A stretch of DNA of 63,548 nt, filler included, from Lenisia limosa (lineage: Eukaryota; Protista; Breviatea), in assembly GCA_001655205.1 (NCBI GenBank). It is 6 parts of 6 records of this genome, joined end to end, with 100 filler letters (N's around TTAATTAATTAA, not from the genome) between each part and the next. Parts side by side here need not be neighbours in the genome. Positions count along the whole stretch, not along the records: positions 1 to 31,812 come from LPNZ01010009.1; 5 more parts are not named here. One strand, 5' to 3'. Shown piece by piece: positions 13,301 to 27,600 of the stretch (position 1 is its first letter; each line of letters opens with the position of its first letter). Made by a program: the position numbers and the translations under genes. Below the pieces are notes generated by a model, which was not told where the DNA came from, searched no databases, and saw nothing but the letters and a program-made list of their open reading frames with translations.

Positions 13301-16300
13301 TTTGCTCAGATCTGTACTAATATATTTCAGAATCAACTCCTTCATCAATAGGCAGTTCACCCTTCACTCCGCCAGCCAACGCGTCCGAAGTGTTTAGCAC
13401 CAATTTACTTGGGAAAAGCATGAAGATGTCGTCGTCAGCTCGAAGGGTGCAGGTGTGTACTTGTGGTGTTGTATTTGGGGATTAAGTTTGTGACTAACAG
13501 TCAGCAAAATGTTAAATTATTGAGACTTTAGCCCTTTGGACCTTTTTTTTTATTAATCAAATGGAAGGACATAGAGCGAACAATTTTCGAGCAATACAGC
13601 CATTTGAGCCTTGCTTTGTGTCGTCTATTCCCCCAACCTCTTACCACCTATAGATGAACCTGACAAGGAGTCGCAATCGTGGAATGAGCGAGATCCTTCC
13701 TGGCTCACCCTTTTCGCCACTCACCCCGCTTGGAATGAACAGTCCTGACCGGTGCAGTTTTGACGGATCCAAGTCCGGCATGAAGCGCATTATTGGCTTG
13801 GAGGCTGCTGGTAGGCACTGATACTCTTGAAATACACCCCCCCCCCCNNNNNNNNNNNNNNNNNNNNNNNNNNNNNNNNNNNNNNNNNNNNNNNNNNNNN
13901 NNNNNNNNNNNNNNNNNNNNNNNNNNNNNNNNNNNNNNNNNNNNNNNNNNNNNNNNNNNNNNNNNNNNNNNNNNNNNNNNNNNNNNNNNNNNNNNNNNNN
14001 NNNNNNNNNNNNNNNNNNNNNNNNNNNNNNCTCGGTGACGTGTTGCGCCATGCGTGTCTGATGAGCGATCTCAATACGTCAATATCCAAGTCACGCGGTA
14101 TCTCGTCACAATCTTGTCAGACGCCCGAGACACCAGGCATGACGCCGGCACACTCAGTGGTGGCTCTTGAGCCATTGTCGGAGTTCCTGGACGAGCACTC
14201 CGGGCCGGTACTTTACAGGTTTGACCGGTTGTTGCTTTTTATCAACATTGTTGATATGGTTAATCTTCCTTTCAACTGAAGAGAGAGATAGTTGAGTCTT
14301 TCTGGTGGAATTTTGATTGACGAATTAGTTTGCCACCTTCCAGTGCTGCCGCCGGACTTTGGGCGGTTGATCAAAACGCAGTGAAGCACGTGGAGGTTCC
14401 CATTTGCGGGATACGAAGAGTTCCGAAATCCCGTGGGCTGGAGTACCGTTTCTTATTGGACGAAGTAATGGTTTTCAATGAGTTAACAGTTTAGTGCCCG
14501 AGGATTGGGTGACGCGCGTCTGGGACCAGCCGGTACACACCGTGTCAAGACCGAGGGTACTGTTCAGGTGGACGGGTACTGTATTGCCTCACGCTTTAAT
14601 AGTCATACAATTTCGCCTTCGTTTTTCTTGTTGATAACGCACTTCATGGAACCAATTACGTACCCTTGTCTCTAAGTCAAATTGTCCTATTCTGTGGCCT
14701 CTCTTATTCCGTAGATCAGCTTCGACTGTTGGCTTGTTAGAAGGCCTTCATGGTAAGTTCGTGATGCAACTCTTTTGGTGGTGAGTGAAGAACTGAAGAT
14801 GGGGATTCGTTTGCATTCAGTCCTTTTAGTCTTTTGTTGATTTACCCATTAGCCTGTACACTGCCTCAACTCGTGGAAGTTCTAACTCCTCCAACCAAAG
14901 AGCCTTCAGGTCAGCCGGTTTGGACTCGTTTCTGAAAGGACAGGGAAGAAACAAATCAGAATTTTAACATATCATCTGACCATTTTGATTAAGATGAACT
15001 CATTTCTTGCTCACACCTAATAACAAGCATTTTTTGGGTACGTCATCGTTTTATCCCCTAGATTCCATACTTGTTGACGCAACAATCATGGGGCTACGAT
15101 CCATCATTGACCCTCTGTCTCTTCTTGTGAGTCTCATCAGCCGCTTCCAAGGCCCGTCGGACAAAATGTTGGCTGGTGGAGGCTGTTCGGGTCTATCATA
15201 TTATAAGGAAGGAAAAGAGGTGTTATATATGATATGTGTGCTGTACTTATGTAACTCAGACTTCACCCAACAACCGCACTGCACATCCAAAGACGAGTTT
15301 GTGAGGTTGGCGGGTTGGTCTCTTGTTGGTCATGTCTCTATTGAGGGTGTACCGAATTGATTGGTCTAGTTTATCACGAGATGGCTCAACCTGGCTCCTC
15401 ACGATTTTGCTCCCAATTGGTCCCCAACAGCAGCCCCTGATTCCTTGCTATCAAAGTGCCTCCCTTCGTGGGTCAATGTAATGGATGCGTGGATCATATT
15501 TTCTCTTAATGGACGAATAGCGAGCATATCAAGTAGATTTTTTCAACTTGGTACTTAGTTTTTTAACATTTGAAAGATAGTCAGAATTTTAGGTATGCTA
15601 ATTGAACTGCAGCCTGGGTTACGTTTTAGGGATACGGCTTCCCCATCGCCGGACATTGACGAGTCAAGCAACCTTCAACTCAGACAAAGAGCCCAGGTTT
15701 GGAGTGCATAAAGTGGAGAAGCGCAATTGTCCTTCTACCTTTGATATGATATCATACAAGAAGCCAGTATAAACTGTTTATTGACATGACAGTGTCGTGA
15801 AGCTCTGGAGCAATTCCTTAACACTAAAACCAAGCATCGAAACGCTCTTTTCACGAGTGTGCATTCGGCCCTCCAAACAGCCGATCGCCACGTACTTAGC
15901 TGGCTCAGGTGGGACTGGCTTCGGATCTTCGGTTGGAGAAACAATGGCGGAAGGATTCTGTGACATTTATTTTACATGCCTTTTTCGAATATGATGAAAT
16001 TACCGAAACAAACCTGGGGTGGTTCACTCTTCAGGCCTGTTGAGTTCACGTTGAAAACGCCTTCATCCAAGCTGAGTCAGTTGGACCTTCGTTTCGCCGC
16101 CGAAAGCATCACAGCCTTTGATGCCGCCATCTTCGCCCGAATCACTGTGGCCGGGACCTGGGGCAATGTCTCTCTGGAATAGTTACAATGTTACATTGAT
16201 CTTAGTCTCAAATTGTCAAGCTCCACTATATTCATCACCCGTTTCTACTGTCTCTTATTATTTAGCCTGGAGAGCTCTCGAAAATGTCATGGTCACTCAA

Positions 16301-18006
16301 AGGCCCCAATCTTGCATCCGCACCACATGTTGTAGCGCTCATCAGACGCTTCAACAGTGGGTATTAGTCAACCGTTTTTGATATACTTTTTTGCACGATC
16401 CTCAATGCATTTGACTTCTGATGTAACAATCAGACCTCTCGTTGTGGGTGGTTGCAGAAGTGGTCTCAAGGCCAAAGGCTCGGAAGCGTGCACGTGCCAT
16501 TGGGAAGTTCATTGAATTGGCTGAGGTAACCGGAATTGAGGGTTGATCCAAGTATTATATGGTGTAAAGTAGATACAGGGTACCCCCCCCCCCCCNNNNN
16601 NNNNNNNNNNNNNNNNNNNNNNNNNNNNNNNNNNNNNNNNNNNNNNNNNNNNNNNNNNNNNNNNNNNNNNNNNNNGCTCACACTTCAGAACCTGAAGAGC
16701 CTTGGTAACTTTGGAGGGATGATGGCCGTCATTTGTGGTGTCAACCACGCCAGTTTGAGCAGGTTATTGGGAATTTCTTGATGGGGAAGTTTTCTTATGA
16801 TACAATAATAAACTAATAGTCTAAACAGTTTTATTTATGAATTAACTCCGATTTATTAACTCAAGTTCTTATAACGTAGACTCACTAAGACCTGGAAGCT
16901 CGTGAGTGACAAAATGAAAGAGGTATTTACCCTGCAACTTGTTTTTTATCTTTTTTCAACAATATTATGCAAGTATCATGCTGTATGCGCAGAGTTGTAA
17001 TGATTAGGTGAATTAATATTATAGTATAATCCAATATCTCCTATAAGTGTGACGTTGTGGATGGCTTCGGCCAAACACTACCTTTTTATTTCTCATCTCT
17101 ACATACATGTATGCAAACATCATGGGATGATATTTCAGTCCCTCCGGAACATAGAAGACATTGCCTCCCCCTTTTCGTCATTTGGAGCATACCGAGCACT
17201 TCTTGCAAGCACCGAACGCCCTCTGCCTTACCTTGGTTCGAGGTTCTTGCTCGTTAAGAGAATTTTATATAATGTAAAATAATGTACATAAATCCCCAAT
17301 TTTCCGAACCTGGGGCTATTATATATTTCCCCTACAAATGCCTACTCTTCAGAGCACAGATATGAATGCAACTGACCGTTCAGGACTTACACTCAGCGAT
17401 TTGACTCTGATTGAGGAGACCAACGATTGGAAGATCCCTGGAGGTCTCATCAACATCGACAAGGTGGGAAGGGCAAGTGATTGTTGCTGACCAGAATTGT
17501 TTGGAAGGTTAGGGGGGGGGGGTGGCATTTTGACAATTCAGATGAAAATGATCGCACGTGCTATCCTATCCAACCATCAAGACCAAGTAGGGAGGGTTCT
17601 GTGGGATGTATCAAATGTCACAGAAGTGCGTGAAATTCACACTGGCAACCATTCTCAAAAGGATATTCCTTCATTAGCGCCCTTTTTTGTGTGCAGCTGA
17701 AGCTATGGGTAGATCATTATTCAGCAATTTAACTATTGGGATGTAATACAGTTCTATCCTTTTTTTTTTCTTCTTTTTTTTTTTTTTTTTACTGTCCANN
17801 NNNNNNNNNNNNNNNNNNNNNNNNNNNNNNNNNNNNNNNNNNNNNNNNNNNNNNNNNNNNNNNNNNNNNNNNNNNNNNNNNNNNNNNNNNNNNNNNNNNN
17901 NACCAGGTTTGGAGAATCACGTGGAAGTACTTTCTCGCTTCTTCGTTCTGACCCTTCAGATGAGCTACACAGTCTTTCTCTGACGGCTGAGGCACCTCAA
18001 CGCTAA
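10360..18006 (+). CDS. Ras guanine nucleotide exchange factor (long S/P-rich N-terminus, REM domain, CDC25 domain)
   Basis: REM: CTLPQLVEVLT, LVDATIMGLRSIIDPLSLLVSLISRF, IQRRVCE+FITRWLNLAPHDF. CDC25: QLDLRFAAESITAFDAAIFARI, APHVVALIRRFN, LSLWVVAEVVSRPKARKRARAIGKFIELAE, LKSLGNFGGMMAVICGVNHASLSRL, FGAYRALL...PLPYLG, LSDLTLIEE...GGLINIDK, DELHSLSLTAEAPQR* (TAA 18004-18006). The start at 10360 is inferred. Confidence 0.9.
11004..11066 (+). repeat. Dispersed intronic repeat family E (~60 bp); also at 17040-17100 and 31291-31330
   Basis: Shared CTATAAG(C/T)GTG...GTGGA(C/T)GGCTT(T/C)GGCCA(G/A)A(T/C)AC...TTTATT(C/T)CTCATCTCT. Confidence 0.7.
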
Positions 18007-18616
18007 TTACTGCTTGAGCATATAAGGGTCTTTCTTTTTTTCTTTTAATAATTACGGTTATTCTGCACAAGAGTAACCTGAGGTCTTATTTCGCTTTCTG
18101 TTTTTTAGCTGTGTTACATAGGTTAATTACGTAATTTCAATGCATATTGTCTAGTCTACCTTTCTGTTAACCTAATGACAAAACTACGACAACTCTAAAC
18201 ACAATCAGTATACAACCACATTATCACAATATAATAATAATATATTACAAGAATACTGCAATAATAATCCAAGTGTTTGAAGTGCATTGCAAGTGTGTGT
18301 GAAGTGTACATGTGTACAAGTGAGAACAAAGTGAGAAAAAGTTGGAAGAGAAAACCCTTAATAATGACACAAGGCAAACAGTATTATTTACCTCCTCCCC
18401 TCCCAGCCAAGTCTCTTGGTTCTTTGGTTGTATTCTTGTTTTTTCTTAATTTAACCACAAATCAATATTAAATCCAATTAAATGTGATTACAAAGTATAA
18501 TATTCAGACACACAATCGTTTTATTGACATATAATCACAAAATGGAGTGAGCTCCTTTTATCTGGGCCTTCTAATGGGTGCCTAACCAGATTTGTATTCT
18601 CTACAAATGCTATATA

Positions 18617-21600
18617 ATGTTTAAGTCCCTTTTTGTACTCCTTGGCCTCCTATGGAGTTGCTCAGCCTTCCCATCTGGTTTGTGAGAGTATCTGTTGAGT
18701 AGCTTACCATTACTGTTGTCGTTTAATAAATAATGAAGTAATGGAGATCCATATCAATTTTAGATAACACTGCGGCGGTCAGTCAAGACTTATAATATCA
18801 TCGCCCTCCTTGACCATCGCGCTGATAGCGTGCAGGCCCTTTGTTTATAATGAAACCATTTCAGTTCCTCTTATCATGTAGGCGAAGACTACCCTTCCAT
18901 GACCAATGGCTTTGTTTCGATCATTCAATCTGTGCCACTGACATACGGAGTGTTCCCCTTCGACTATCCGGGTAGGCCTTCTCCTCTACAATTTTCTTAT
19001 TAATGTGGCTTTGGAAGCTTTGTCCTGATTAAACCTTTATTTACTTTACCACTCTATTTTCCCTCCGACTTCCCTGTGTCTGTGCGGGCTATCGATTTGA
19101 ACCATGTGTAAACGTGTAAACACCATTTCTCCAACCATTCAGACCTCGGGTTCTCTAAGGGAGAGGAGATTCGAACCACTTCAGACTCCCCTTTTGAGTT
19201 CGGACCGACTTGGTACATTCCGAGTGCCTACGGTCCCAACCCCCATCTCACGGCCATGAAGTACTTCTGCTACTTTGACGCGCCGTCAACTGGCAGCTAT
19301 GTCTGGCAGCTTGCATATAGCCCGGTCATTGACTTCAAGATCAGTAGGCTGGCTTTGCGGGGTTACTTTGACCCGCCCTGTTCCATCATTCATTTTATTT
19401 TTTCATCACCACAATTGCTGATACCCATTTTAAATCCTTTTATTTGGCTGACGACCAGTGGGAGAGTTGGCGCTGAGGGACTGGAGCCCTGGGGAAATCG
19501 AGTCCTATACCAATGTCAAAAAGAAGACGATGAAGGCGGATGCAATTGTGGGCTGTTTCCCTTGTCTTTTGTGTGGTTATCGTCTAATGCTCCAGATTAT
19601 GTATGAAAACGTGAGATACATGGTCCAAATGGAGTTTATGCACTACTACTACTACAATATGCGGCTTTCGGTTTGTTAATGCTGCGGCTTCTCACCTTTA
19701 GATCACTTATCAAATCAACGGAGGGGCGAAGACAGACTTCACCTGTACAGCGTCTCCTGGTAGGACAACCGACCAATTCCTTTGGGTTTAATTGGAAGAT
19801 TGGCATTCAGTGATATACGTGTTTCACACAATCAGTTTTGGACGGGACTATACCTCAAGATATGCTGCCAACCTCTGTGTCCGTCAATGAAGTTGTGGAG
19901 TGGGTGTATTCATCCTTTGGTGTACTTACCTCCAGACTATCTGTGCGTCCAATGTACCATCAAACGGTCCAATCTCCTTATGACGGATACACCATCCATG
20001 CTATCGTCAAGAGACTTTCGTAAGCCTTTCTGAAGAGAGCCTCTTGATAACCACTTAGGGACGGTGATAAGTTGACAATCACTTTGCATCCACAGAGCAC
20101 TGGCCTCTACACTGCCACTTCAATTCTCACCGCTGTAACGGGTTGGTTATTGTTCCGATATGATTCATAGTTATGTGCATCAAAAAGAACAGTTATGATA
20201 CCACGACCAAAGAATTTAGTATTGTTAGCGAGTAATCTCACACTATTTGAAGTGCCAGGCCCACATAACCATGCTGCAGGAGATTTCACGTTGGAAGTTC
20301 GTGCCATTGGCTACGCCTCCGGTGCCGACTACACCCTCTACGGCCCTTCGGCCCTGGAGGTTCTTTCTGGGGCTCCTATATGCCAGGATTGCGCTAACAT
20401 CTTACCAAGTGATGGTATGTTGAAACATCTACCTTGACTGACTTTTTTTTTTTTTTGATGTGTTATATTCCTACTTGCTTTGGGTGAATGACGTTAACAC
20501 ATGGATAGTTTTTTTTTGTGCCATAACATCTCATAACCGTTGTGCCTGTCATGTTTTGTCCTCATCTTCAGATTGCTTGCCTTTACTCCTTCAGCCGAAG
20601 TGGATACGGACTATTCCTCCATAGTCGTTATATCGGATACGTACTCAAACCCGGCATCTAGCATCTACCTGCCAATGCGTACCGAATTCACCATCACAAG
20701 GTTGCAAGCGTTGAATTGGGCTTCTATACACTCCAGACATGTTACATTTTGATATGATACTGGCTTTTCAGATCAAAAGGAACGAATCTTTTTTAAGTCT
20801 TCCCTCACGTTGCGTGTGCTAACACTGTAGTGAATACCCGGTCCGACAAGTATTACCAGTCTATTCAATCGTGCAAAGCCCTACCAATGAAACGCAGTTT
20901 AACTTTACTGTTTCCTTCTCGGAGGGTGGCATTTATCGCGTTCAGTTCTTCAATGACAAGTACGACTGGTTTTGGAGATGGTCGTTGCGTTTGCCTTTCG
21001 ATTCGCTCATCCTCAGAGTCTTGAGGATGATATTGCTTCCCCCTTCCATCCTACAAAATACGCCATTTTAACCCGGCCCAGGGACTCGGGTGCGTTATTT
21101 GAGCTGTCACACCCCGTGGCGCCGGACTGTCGTGGTGGAGGAGAGTACCTGGCATCGTCTCATGGGCCGTGTCTGCCTTGTCCGGCCAACCAGTTCAACC
21201 CCGTGGGTTTTGATGAGATATGGAACTGTCGTCTTGGGTTTATTATCATTCATAATGGTGTGCACTCGAACTCACCAATCTTTTTCAGGTTGGAATGCAA
21301 ACCGCATGTCAATACTGTCCTCTTGGTCAAGAACCAGTTTCTGATCAAGCGTCTTGTCAGGATTGCCTCGCGGGGAGTTACTCAACGAACAACACACTAG
21401 GTTTGGTATTGGTTCTCTCTGCCACTCAAATCTTCGTTCTCTCTGCTCAAATCGAGGTGCTGCCTTTGACTGTCTAGGCTGCCTCCCATGCCCGATTGGC
21501 GAATACTCAGTTGACCCGGTATGTAATTTGGCGCTTGGGGGGGGGGNNNNNNNNNNNNNNNNNNNNNNNNNNNNNNNNNNNNNNNNNNNNNNNNNNNNNN

Positions 21601-24600
21601 NNNNNNNNNNNNNNNNNNNNNNNNNNNNNNNNNNNNNNNNNNNNNNNNNNNNNNNNNNNNNNNNNNNNNNNNNNNNNNNNNNNNNNNNNNNNNNNNNNNN
21701 NNNNNNNNNNNNNNNNNNNNNNNNNNNNNNNNNNNNNNNNNNNNNNNNNNNNNNNNNNNNNNNNNNNNNNNNNNNNNNNNNNNNNNNNNNNNNNNNNNNN
21801 NNNNNNNATGAGGCCTGAAATAACCCTGCAGAACGCGTCAGGAGTGCCCATTGAGTGCCAAGAGTGCTATCCTGGTGGATTCTGTGTCGAGGGTTCCGAG
21901 CTACCGGGCTGTCCACCTTGTATGGGAGAGGGGCGAATAGAGATGGTATGCTATATAGTATACCATTAGATTCATAGTGTTACGTTACTACTAGCCTTCG
22001 TAGTTACCACTGACTCGATACCGTTTTTGTCCTCAATTCTCACCCCACAGACACGTACGGCCAGTATCTCAGCTGCATCGACTGCCCAACTGGCGGGAGC
22101 TGTCCGGGAGGAATCAATCAAATCGGTCCACTACCTGGCTGGGTGATGTTCCAAGACAGCCCGCCCATGTTCCAACGGAACGCCACTTCTGTTGCCGACT
22201 CGACTTACGAGGCGTTTTCAACCAACGTCACTGCCGGTACCGAGGCTGTCATTGTCGTCCAGCTCAGGTTTGGACAAGATAGAAAAGTTCTTTGGTGGCC
22301 TCAGATTGAACCCTCTATCAGCCCTTTCCTTGCTTAACTTATTTATGTTCTTGGGACCAATCATTACTTCAGGGATGACACGGGAAGTGCACGATCAAAT
22401 GGAACTGAAAATGTACTTCTGCGGTCCTCCTCGGGCATTAACGTCTTTATGGAGGTACTAACTCTTGGGGCTGAGTCCAACTCTCTTTTCTTTTCCATTT
22501 CTCGCCACTTGATGTGCTTTATACTGGTGCGCTAATATCTTATCGAGAACACCTTTGTTTGTCACCCCTCCCCCCTAGGCCTCAGTTGGCTCCACCTTCC
22601 AATACACATGGTCGCCCACTGTGTCTGAAGTGGTGGTGTTCGAGGCCTTTGCTTGTGACGGAGTCATCATGGTTGCGTCGTGAGTGGCGGTGTGACTTCA
22701 ATTTCTTTTAATTATTTTTCTTTTTTAAAAAAATCTCGGTTAAGTCCTCAATAGATCACAATTTACTCCTTTCGATATATCCACTCAACCTCGTCATTCC
22801 AAGCTGTTCAGAGCCCAAACTTCTTCTTAACTCTCCAGAGACCCCCTTGACACCAAATGGCCAGGTCTCACAGACCTCTCAGCAAAAAGCCCTGTAGATG
22901 CCCAGCGGTACGCAACGTGCGCGGCCGTCCTTAACGCCTTACTGCTGTCTGACGCCCCAATCGACGCTCTTGCACTGGCGGCTGGCGTTCAGCTGGTCGC
23001 GTCGGTCAACTTAACGGCGAACGTTGCACCGGCGTTGCCGAGTTCCGAGAGTCTGGCCTCGGGTACAGGATTGGAGTACTGCGTTCATGGCGTGCAGGCG
23101 GATGTGTTTGTTAAGGTATGGTACTCTTTGTAAATNNNNNNNNNNNNNNNNNNNNNNNNNNNNNNNNNNNNNNNNNNNNNNNNNNNNNNNNNNNNNNNNN
23201 NNNNNNNNNNNNNNNNNNNNNNNNNAAATCTTGTGCTGGACGAAATATTTATGTGGATTACAACCAAATATCATGAAAAACTGCGTTTATATATTCAGTT
23301 TGTGGACGAATTCGGCAACAACTGCTCGGAATCGGACATTCAATCGAGCCACGTGGCCTTCCACGTCATTGACGGAAGTGCGGAATTTGGCCCGGTCAGC
23401 GTTGCCGACGGCCTAATAATGACGTCATACACAGCCAACCAGACCGAGGGAGGCACACTCTCCTTGGCCATCACGGTTGCCGGATACCCCTTAAAACAGG
23501 TGGACTGGGGGATTTTTGGCTCAATACATGGTGTAAATATATAATTCCACCAATCGTTTTCAAATGTGACATTTCAGTTCCTGCCACCCGTGTCAGTGGG
23601 AGCAGTTTGTCCGCGCGGCTGGGCTCCAAACAAGTTCAACGGGCCCTGCGACATGTGTTTGGTGGGCGGGGCTTTCGCAATGCAATCAAAGACCTGCTGT
23701 CTTTTACCACATTGGAAAGCAAATACTACCTCAATAGTATATATCATTGGTATTTTATGGTCATGTGGGCTCCAATTTTCCTTCAATCTACAAAACATTC
23801 TTACAACGTAGGAGAGTACCTTTGACAGCCGAGCTGAAGGCATCCTGCTCATCTCACCTCTCCCTACCCCCACGTCCGAGAACTCCGTGTGCCAGTCATG
23901 CCCCTATGGTGAGGAATGTCATATTTTATTGCGTCAAAATCATATCATGGTAGCAACAGGTGCTCTACATCTACAATCTTGTGTTTCCTAAATCAGCTCC
24001 AATATATATAACTTTTATCTCACGACGATAGGACGAACCTCTCCCGAGGAAAGCGACAGTTATTTGTTCTGTGACTGTTCGGAAGGCTTCTTCGGCCCAT
24101 CTCCCGTGGATAGCGGCGAAGGTAGGCTTCTGCTTTCATTCTCTTCTGCCTACATTATCTTGGTTTTCTAATATTTCAACTGCGTTTACATAGCACTGTT
24201 TCTTTTCCTTAGTCCTGAACTCACCATTAGGTGTACCTTGTGAACAATGTCCATCCGGCACAGATTGCCCTCCAGGTTTGGCATTTCCATCTTCGTAGTT
24301 GAGTACATTATTTATCTCAGGATCTCTTTTTCAAACTTTTGTGTGTTTTCAACTCAAACCTGTGTGTTTTTCCAACTTTTTTTTGTGTTTATCAGCTGCT
24401 GTTTTCAGTTCACACCCCAGGAACACGTACCCCCTCAGCTCTGGACGGTTTCTGGTACATCAATATCGACACGGTAGGCTTTGTGGAAACCCGGGATAAA
24501 CCCTCCTGTTACCTCACACTCCAGGTACTGTCTTGTGTTCCGCCGGTAGCCTGTGGAGAAGCGAACATGTGCAACACGGGTTACGGCGGTATTGCATGCG

Positions 24601-27600
24601 CCAATTGTGTTGAGGACTACTTCAGGTCTGAAGACTCGTTATTGATCATGATATCGATTTCTGTACAATGTTATTCAGTTGATTTTGTTTGTCATGATAT
24701 GACGAGGAGCTATTCTGCAACTTGGCAAGCCCAAGCCTCTGATGATTTTTGATACTTTAGGACTGAGGGTCTCTGTAAGCCATGCCCCGGATGGAGTGGA
24801 ATTATTCTGATTGCGGTTGTCTTAGCCGCGGTCGCGACTTCGATTGGATGTCTGCTTTTGGTCCGGTCTGGCTTTAGTTTCGGCCCAATGGTCATTTTCT
24901 TCAATTTCGCGCAGGTGATCACCCTCTTTAATCGCCTGTCCACTGTGTGGCCCTCAAGCTTGTCGCAACTCATGGGTAAGGGGACAGGCTTAGAATCAGT
25001 TATCAGTTATCGCTATGCACTAAGAAGTTACATTGGGGCGCTCACTTTACACTTCAGATGTCATGACAATTTTCAACTTGTCAATGGAGATTCTGGCGCT
25101 TCCATGTGCAGTAAAAATGACACCCTGGTTTGTACTTCTGATTTCTGTCATTTCTCAGGGAAGCAATTTTGCTCACTCAGTCCATTCCAATCATCCTGGC
25201 CATATTAGCTGCATCTGCCGTGGCGCTGTATTGCATATTTGTTGCTGTGGTCCAACTATTCCACCAAATGTTTGTAGGGGTATCAGTACACAAATGCAAT
25301 AACAAGGCAAAGGATAGTAGTAGTAACATCCCCAACAGTTTCCAACGGAAGGCCACACGCTTAGGACCAAACGGCGAGTTCCAAGACCTTACACTGGGTG
25401 GGTCCTGCAATAAGGGCTACACTTTGGATGAGAAATCTGTCTTTTCAGCAAATTCAATCTCTTAATAATGAATAGCGGAAAAGCAAATGCTCGGCCATCC
25501 ACTCCGTGTGCTTATTCTCCACAGATAGCTGGGCGTCGGCAGAGGTTTCATCGCGACAATGGATGGAATGGCTCATGTTTTGGCGGTTCGACCCTCCAGT
25601 TTGGGAGGAGGACATGCTGCTACCCGAGAAGAACGTAGAAGAACACGAGGTGANNNNNNNNNNNNNNNNNNNNNNNNNNNNNNNNNNNNNNNNNNNNNNN
25701 NNNNNNNNNNNNNNNNNNNNNNNNNNNNNNNNNNNNNAGACCTGAGACTCGAATGAAACGTTTCATGTATACTGCGATCAATTGCTACATCTTCCTCCTG
25801 ACACTTCAATACACTTATTTGGTGGTGACTGCAATGCTATTCTTTAAAGTATGGGGGTACACTATTCAATCAAATGCAAAAAGTAGTTGCAACTCCGCTA
25901 CAATCCTGTTTTTGAATCTGCATGAATATCCACTTGATATTTGACATGCCAACATTTTACAAAGAATATTGATATAGTGTTACAATCTCTACCAACATCC
26001 CTGCTGATTGTATTTAACCTTTTAGTGCACCGATCGCGGCGATGGAGTAGCGACAATGGCTGAATACCCTGACGAGGTACCCATATTGCCTGAGACTAGG
26101 GCTGCATATGTAGCTCTCTGATACCTCAAACCTGAACTCCAGTCAAGACATAATTATTATCTTGAAATGGGGATTCAAGATGGTTTATCATCCTCGATGC
26201 TTAACCCACGCAGAATTCTTACCCTGTAGCCCTGTTGGTCAGACGACTACAACCAGACTGCCCCCTACATTATGGGCGCACTTGCCGTGTACGGTGTCGG
26301 CATCCCTCTCTTGGTGTTTTGTGTTCTCTTCTTTGGACGAAACAAACTCTCGGACCCGACGTTTAGGTTGGTTCATGTTGTCTTGTGACTTTCAGGGCGC
26401 AATTTGGAGCACTCTATTACCGCTACAAGCCGAATCTTTTTATGTGGGAGCTTGTTGTCATGGTTCGTAAGGTGAGACAGCTGGGGTTTTGTCAACACTG
26501 AAACAGAAAGATGAAGAAATTCGTCTATTGACGCCGTAGTTTGCCATTTCAGTCTGCTTTGTGTACCTTTCTGGCCCTGAAATTTACCGAATGCTTGGTG
26601 CTATGGTTGCGCTCCTCGGAGGTTTGCGAGACCTGTAAACATCTGGGCCTCATTGTTTTTTGAAGACTATCAAATAGTATTAAATAAGGATGATACGTTT
26701 GGAAGGAGCTGGCTTGTCTCTGACAATTAAGCTTTGGAGGCCCACACATACTTCAAGCCGCATTCCACTCAGCTTCTTGTTCGTTTGGAGTACATTTCTC
26801 TTCTTGGCAGGTGAGCTCGTTCATCATTATTTAAATACTATATCGAACTAGTACATTGTACTTGTTTTCCTTTAAATTATTTGTCACCATTTTCAGTTAT
26901 GTAATTCTGATGTGTGGAATCCTCTACGTTATGGAACTCAGCAAGAACGAAGTTTATAAGTAGGCTGGAGTTGAGGAGTGTAGTTTATGATTGGGTGATA
27001 CGATAGTTATGACACCCTTTATAAACGTGAGTTATATACTCTTGATAAACATGATGGTGTGAATGGCTTTGGAAAACCCTTGACCCATTGACCCTACTTA
27101 GTGTTATTACTTTGGTTGCAATCACTGCTCTGTCGATTCCATCGTCCACATTTCTTGCCACTTTCGCTTTCCAGTTGTTGCACTTTGCCCAGCTCAAGGT
27201 ATGCGATAGCGGTTCTGTTTTTGACTCTTTTGACACAAAAAGGGAGTTCCAAACAACGATACGTATCGTTTATACTGAACTTTTTATTTAAAAATTTTAA
27301 CTCTCCTTGAAGATTAGCTTATCACCCTCAGGTACTTCTTGCGGAGTACGGTATCCAAAACACCAGTGAACTTCTCATGGCTGACGAGGGCAGGTAAGGG
27401 GCACCATCTACTGTACAGATTGTGGTCTTCTTTTCTGATTAATTTTTTACTTTACTCTTTAGGAACTATCTGAGTAACGAAGAGACAAAGAACTTCAGTG
27501 CGACAGACAAGCTCACAGGCGGCCTGCTCTCTCAAAACCTAAGCAAAGTGGGTTTGCATCACCGCGCTGTAGCACTAGCCCAAATGCTGAATTGTGCATT

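Noticed and set aside
15780-15910. RGS domain inside the RasGEF
   Set aside because: CREALEQFL...SVHSAL fits the last helices of the REM domain, and the upstream RGS helices (FLxxE...ENLxFW) are absent.
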